Below, in pieces: positions 26,847 through 30,044 of a stretch of 30,044 nt of DNA. The position numbers and the translations under genes were made by a program. Within the stretch, counting starts at the first letter, position 1; every line of letters starts with the position of its first letter. The stretch spans positions 1 to 30,044 of the forward strand of contig JBMFOM010000011.1 of NCBI GenBank assembly GCA_049969615.1, read 5' to 3'. Source of the DNA: a candidate division WOR-3 bacterium. Its GTDB lineage: Bacteria > Hydrothermota > Hydrothermia > JBDRYB01. Under the pieces are notes generated by a model. That model was not told where the DNA came from and did no database searches. It was given only the letters and a program-made list of their open reading frames with translations.

Positions 26847-26914
26847 TGTCGCTCAGGAACATGTAGCTCATATCTAGATCTAGAAGCTTCTAGAAACATG
26901 TTCCGGAGGCGACA
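26847..26914. repeat. Long inverted repeat enclosing nested TCTAGA palindromes
   Basis: TGTCGCTCAGGAACATGT / ACATGTTCCGGAGGCGACA arms; the loop contains TCTAGATCTAGA and the perfect 16-mer TCTAGAAGCTTCTAGA. Confidence 0.8.
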
Positions 26915-27115
26915 CTATTTCCGCAGGTAACCGATGCGTGTCCATCAAGCAGTTTTGAGGAGCGGGACATTGCCTTTAGGCCCAGGATAACCTGTTCCCC
27001 TTTGCCCGGCGCCGCGCTGTTCACATCGCCTTATGACCTGCCCATAAAGATATATAAGAGACCTCTAATAAAGCAGTAATAACTTACTGGTTTGGGGGAG
27101 AACAAGGTTCTAAGA

Positions 27116-27225
27116 GGGACCCCTGAAAAATCCAGCTAAGAGGGCATTTACTCATGGTTCTCTTCCAGCTATGATGAGGCTCCCGGATGGGGGCAAGGGA
27201 CAAACTGGGATTTTTCAGGGGTTTC
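27116..27225 (+). repeat. Dispersed MITE-like repeat, copy 4 (full length)
   Basis: GGGACCCCTGAAAAATCC...GGATTTTTCAGGGGTTTC terminal inverted repeats; core TGATGAGGCTCCCGGAT at 27172-27188. Confidence 0.85.
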
Positions 27226-27354
27226 AGGGTAACCCTGGCTCCTTACATTTGGTCCCATGGCCTTCTCCCGTTTCCGGCCAAGGGCGCGCTGGGCAATTCA
27301 CGAATTGCCACATGTACCTGGCTAGGGGAAACAACAAGCAACCCCCCCTCGCTG

Positions 27355-27384
27355 TTGCACCGCGCCGCACGCGCTCGTTATAAT
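27355..27384 (+). promoter_or_regulatory. Promoter of the EF-G paralogue
   Basis: TTGCAC-N18-TATAAT, then SD AAGGAG before TTG 27411. Confidence 0.7.
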
Positions 27385-27410
27385 TTTCCACACAAGAAGG
27401 AGAGATAGTT

Positions 27411-29408
27411 TTGTCCAGCTTTGAAACCAATCAACTCAGGCTCGTAGCCCTTGTGGGCAACTCATCCTCAGGCAAAACAACCCTGGGTGAGGCACTTCTC
27501 TATTCCGCGGGCATCACCACCAGGCTGGAAACTGGCACCCTGGATTTCAGCCCCGAAGAGAAAAAGAGGGGGATAACAATAAATACCTCTGTGGCTGATA
27601 TTCCATGGGATTCTGCCCTGATCCAGCTCTTAGACACCCCTGGCTACATTGACTTTCAGGCTGACACGCTTGGCGCAATGGCCGTGGCGGATAACCTGGT
27701 GATCGTTGCTGATGTAGGAGGCGGAATAGCAGGGCTTGAAAGGTTTTGGGAAAAGTCCAGGCCCGGCGCGGCCAGGATCATCCTGGTCAGCAAATGCAAA
27801 TCGCCGGACACCGATCCTCTCGCCATGCTGAAAGAACTGCAGGAGAGCTTTGGGGTTTCCTGCCAGGCAATCGTCTTTCCCTCGGGAAAAGGAACCGATT
27901 TCTCCGGCGTGGTCAACCTGCTCGGCGACCCAGCGGGCATTCCCGGTGAGGCCCAAGAGGCGCGTTCCGCGCTCATAGATAGCATAGTTGAGGCTGACGA
28001 CGCGCTCATGGAAAAATACCTCTCTGATCAAGAGATTACCATGGACGAACTCAGGGGCGCAGTGAAAAAAGCCCTTTCCGCCGGTTATCTGACCCCAGTG
28101 TTCTTCGTTGAGGCAAGAGAGGGAATTGGTATAAAGGAGTTCGGGGACTTTATCGCGGGGTTCGGTCTTTCCCTACAGGATATGCCACCCATAACGGTTG
28201 GGGACTCGGAGCTGAAGCCTGACCCCGCGGGTGACCCGGTCGCGCTTGTCTTCAAGACAGTATCCGAGGCACACCTGGGCGAAATATACTACGCCAGGCT
28301 CTTCTCTGGAACGCTGAAACCGGGGACAGAGCTTTTCAACACAACATCTGGAGAGACCGAAAAGATAAACGCTGTTTATGGGATTGTTGGCGCGGAACGC
28401 AAGGAGATTCAGGGCGCGGTTCCCGGACAGGTTGTGGCGCTAGTGAAGCTTAAGTTCACCGGAACGGGTCACACCCTTGCTACCAAAACAAAGCAGATCA
28501 AATTGTCCTGGATTGAACTGCCAAAGGCCCTTCATTCAGTAGCCATAAAACCAAAAGCGCGCGGAGACGAGGAGAAGCTTTCCGAGGCCCTCTCAAGGCT
28601 CAACGCGGAGGACCCTTCCTTCATATACAGATACGATCCGGAGCTCAAGCAACACCTGCTCTATGGCTATGGCGACATACACATAGATGTGATACTTTCA
28701 AAGATGGCCGAGAAGTTCAGGGTTCAGGTTGACAAGGAGAAACCCAGAATCCCCTACAGGGAAGCCATAAGGACCAAGGCCGAGGCAATGGGCAGGTATG
28801 TGAAGCAGACCGGCGGCCACGGACAGTATGGGATATGCTACATAAGGATAGAACCGCTTCCTAGGGGTCAGGACTACGAGTTTGTCAACGAGATCTTCGG
28901 CGGGGCCATACCAAAGGAGTTTATCCCTGCTGTTGAGGGCGGAATAAAAAAAGCTATGGCCTCCGGAACCCTGGCCGGCTATCCGGTTGTGGGCGTAAAG
29001 GTTACGCTATACGATGGAAAGTATCACGAGGTTGACTCGTCAAACATGGCTTTTGAAATAGCCGGATCCCTAGCCTTCAAGGAGGCCGAGGCGAACGCTA
29101 ACCCGTATCTCCTTGAACCAATAATGAACTTGACGGCCTGGATTCCGGACGAGTCAATGGGCGATGTGATGTCCGAGATAAACGCCCGGAGGGGCAGAAT
29201 ACAGGGAGTTGAGCCCCATGGACGCTGGCAGGTCATAAAAGCGCAGGTCCCGATGGCGGAACTCCTTGACTTCACCGCATCCCTCAGAGCAAAGACAAGG
29301 GGTAGGGGATGGTTTGACATGGAGTTCTCCCATTACGACGAGGTTCCGCCGGACATAGCCAAGAGGGTAATACAATCTGCACAGGCCGAGAAGGAGGAAA
29401 AGAAATGA
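27411..29408 (+). CDS. fusA2: Elongation factor G-like protein (EF-G II paralogue)
   Basis: GKTTLGEALL, RGITI, DTPGY, EDPS, KQTGGHGQYG, HEVDSS and LLEPIM motifs; stand-alone, not in an rpsL-rpsG-fusA-tuf operon. Confidence 0.9.
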   Translation: MSSFETNQLRLVALVGNSSSGKTTLGEALLYSAGITTRLETGTLDFSPEEKKRGITINTSVADIPWDSALIQLLDTPGYIDFQADTLGAMAVADNLVIVADVGGGIAGLERFWEKSRPGAARIILVSKCKSPDTDPLAMLKELQESFGVSCQAIVFPSGKGTDFSGVVNLLGDPAGIPGEAQEARSALIDSIVEADDALMEKYLSDQEITMDELRGAVKKALSAGYLTPVFFVEAREGIGIKEFGDFIAGFGLSLQDMPPITVGDSELKPDPAGDPVALVFKTVSEAHLGEIYYARLFSGTLKPGTELFNTTSGETEKINAVYGIVGAERKEIQGAVPGQVVALVKLKFTGTGHTLATKTKQIKLSWIELPKALHSVAIKPKARGDEEKLSEALSRLNAEDPSFIYRYDPELKQHLLYGYGDIHIDVILSKMAEKFRVQVDKEKPRIPYREAIRTKAEAMGRYVKQTGGHGQYGICYIRIEPLPRGQDYEFVNEIFGGAIPKEFIPAVEGGIKKAMASGTLAGYPVVGVKVTLYDGKYHEVDSSNMAFEIAGSLAFKEAEANANPYLLEPIMNLTAWIPDESMGDVMSEINARRGRIQGVEPHGRWQVIKAQVPMAELLDFTASLRAKTRGRGWFDMEFSHYDEVPPDIAKRVIQSAQAEKEEKK

Positions 29409-29842
29409 GGGAGTTTATGATGGGCGCTGTGGTCCTGGCCCTGGCCGGCTGTGGCGGAACAAAACAGACCCAATCCACAGGAGGCCAAACCGTCCCAAAA
29501 TTGACGCCGGTGATTGAAGGGGCGGCCTGGGTTAATAAGATGCCGGGGTTTGTTGAAAAGGATTCCATAGGCCAGCCCATTTATCCGGGGAGATTCCTGC
29601 TCAAGGTCTACGGAGAGGCTGAAATCATCAAAATACTTATCAAAACAAAAAGCAGAGACATAGGCGAGTTCACGGCGGAGAATCTCCTGAAAAAGAACGC
29701 GGAAAGGTGGACGGAATATCTCGTCCAGCGAGAGCTCCGGATAACCGAGGCCGACACCCTCTCTGTCAGGGTCTGGATGATAGTCGGCGAGGACACAATA
29801 GAGAGCTTTTTGCCTGCTGTTCCCGTGAAAGCCGTCTATTGA
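29405..29842 (+). CDS. Putative lipoprotein
   Basis: Lipobox LAGC after a hydrophobic stretch; ATGA overlap with the fusA2 stop. Confidence 0.7.
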   Translation: MREFMMGAVVLALAGCGGTKQTQSTGGQTVPKLTPVIEGAAWVNKMPGFVEKDSIGQPIYPGRFLLKVYGEAEIIKILIKTKSRDIGEFTAENLLKKNAERWTEYLVQRELRITEADTLSVRVWMIVGEDTIESFLPAVPVKAVY

Positions 29843-29953
29843 TGGTACTTGCCGGCATCCTGTGGGCACGCGCTACGGTTTTATAACTCAAAAGGCACTT
29901 CTGATAAAGTAGCAATACCCAACTTTGACTCATCTTTGACACCTCATTTTTCG

Positions 29954-29978
29954 TAAGCCATTGATAAGTAAGGACTTA
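29954..29978. repeat. Palindromic site TAAGCCATTG-N5-TAAGGACTTA
   Basis: Same arm and spacer geometry as 26387-26411. Confidence 0.55.
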
Positions 29979-30044
29979 AGAGGAATCAAGGCCGGGGAAT
30001 TGGCACCATGTTCAGAGGGGGTTCTCAGCGAGACCTATTCACAT

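Noticed and set aside
24681-27225. Composite transposon carrying the RNase J-like gene
   Set aside because: No transposase or target-site duplication; polarity is opposite to the 2357/3083 pair
177-29869. Numerous antisense or alternate-frame ORFs in the track (e.g. 1638-2249, 9189-9776, 21242-21814, 29333-29869)
   Set aside because: They overlap well-supported genes and have no recognisable motifs

Overview
Bacterial chromosomal window, mostly housekeeping genes. The gene content (a DUF3098-like protein, an FCB-type secreted GATase-like protein, an IGHMBP2 helicase, a beta-CASP nuclease) suggests a diderm, possibly FCB-related uncultured lineage such as WOR-3; this is inference. The left half carries gamma-carbonic anhydrase, a substrate-binding protein, galT, glutaryl-CoA dehydrogenase, rpiB, ilvE, a nitroreductase, an ATP-grasp protein and ftsK. 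A long minus-strand run follows: M20 peptidase, MTAP, coaE, Fur, three zinc-ribbon paralogues, a GT-C transferase, an IGHMBP2 helicase, the secreted GATase-like fusion and a radical SAM-SPASM-PqqD protein. The right end has an RNase J-like nuclease, a ~1 kb structured non-coding region and a divergent EF-G paralogue. No rRNA, tRNA, CRISPR array or transposase was seen. Main observations: (1) a four-copy ~105-bp MITE-like repeat with an invariant 17-mer core; (2) pervasive leaderless promoter architecture, which implies CTG and ATC starts for two genes; (3) a radical SAM enzyme with a C-terminal RRE and no clear precursor; (4) a triplet of YdjG-like zinc-ribbon proteins; (5) an apparent stop-loss fusion; (6) a 37-bp duplication of the ilvE 3' end.
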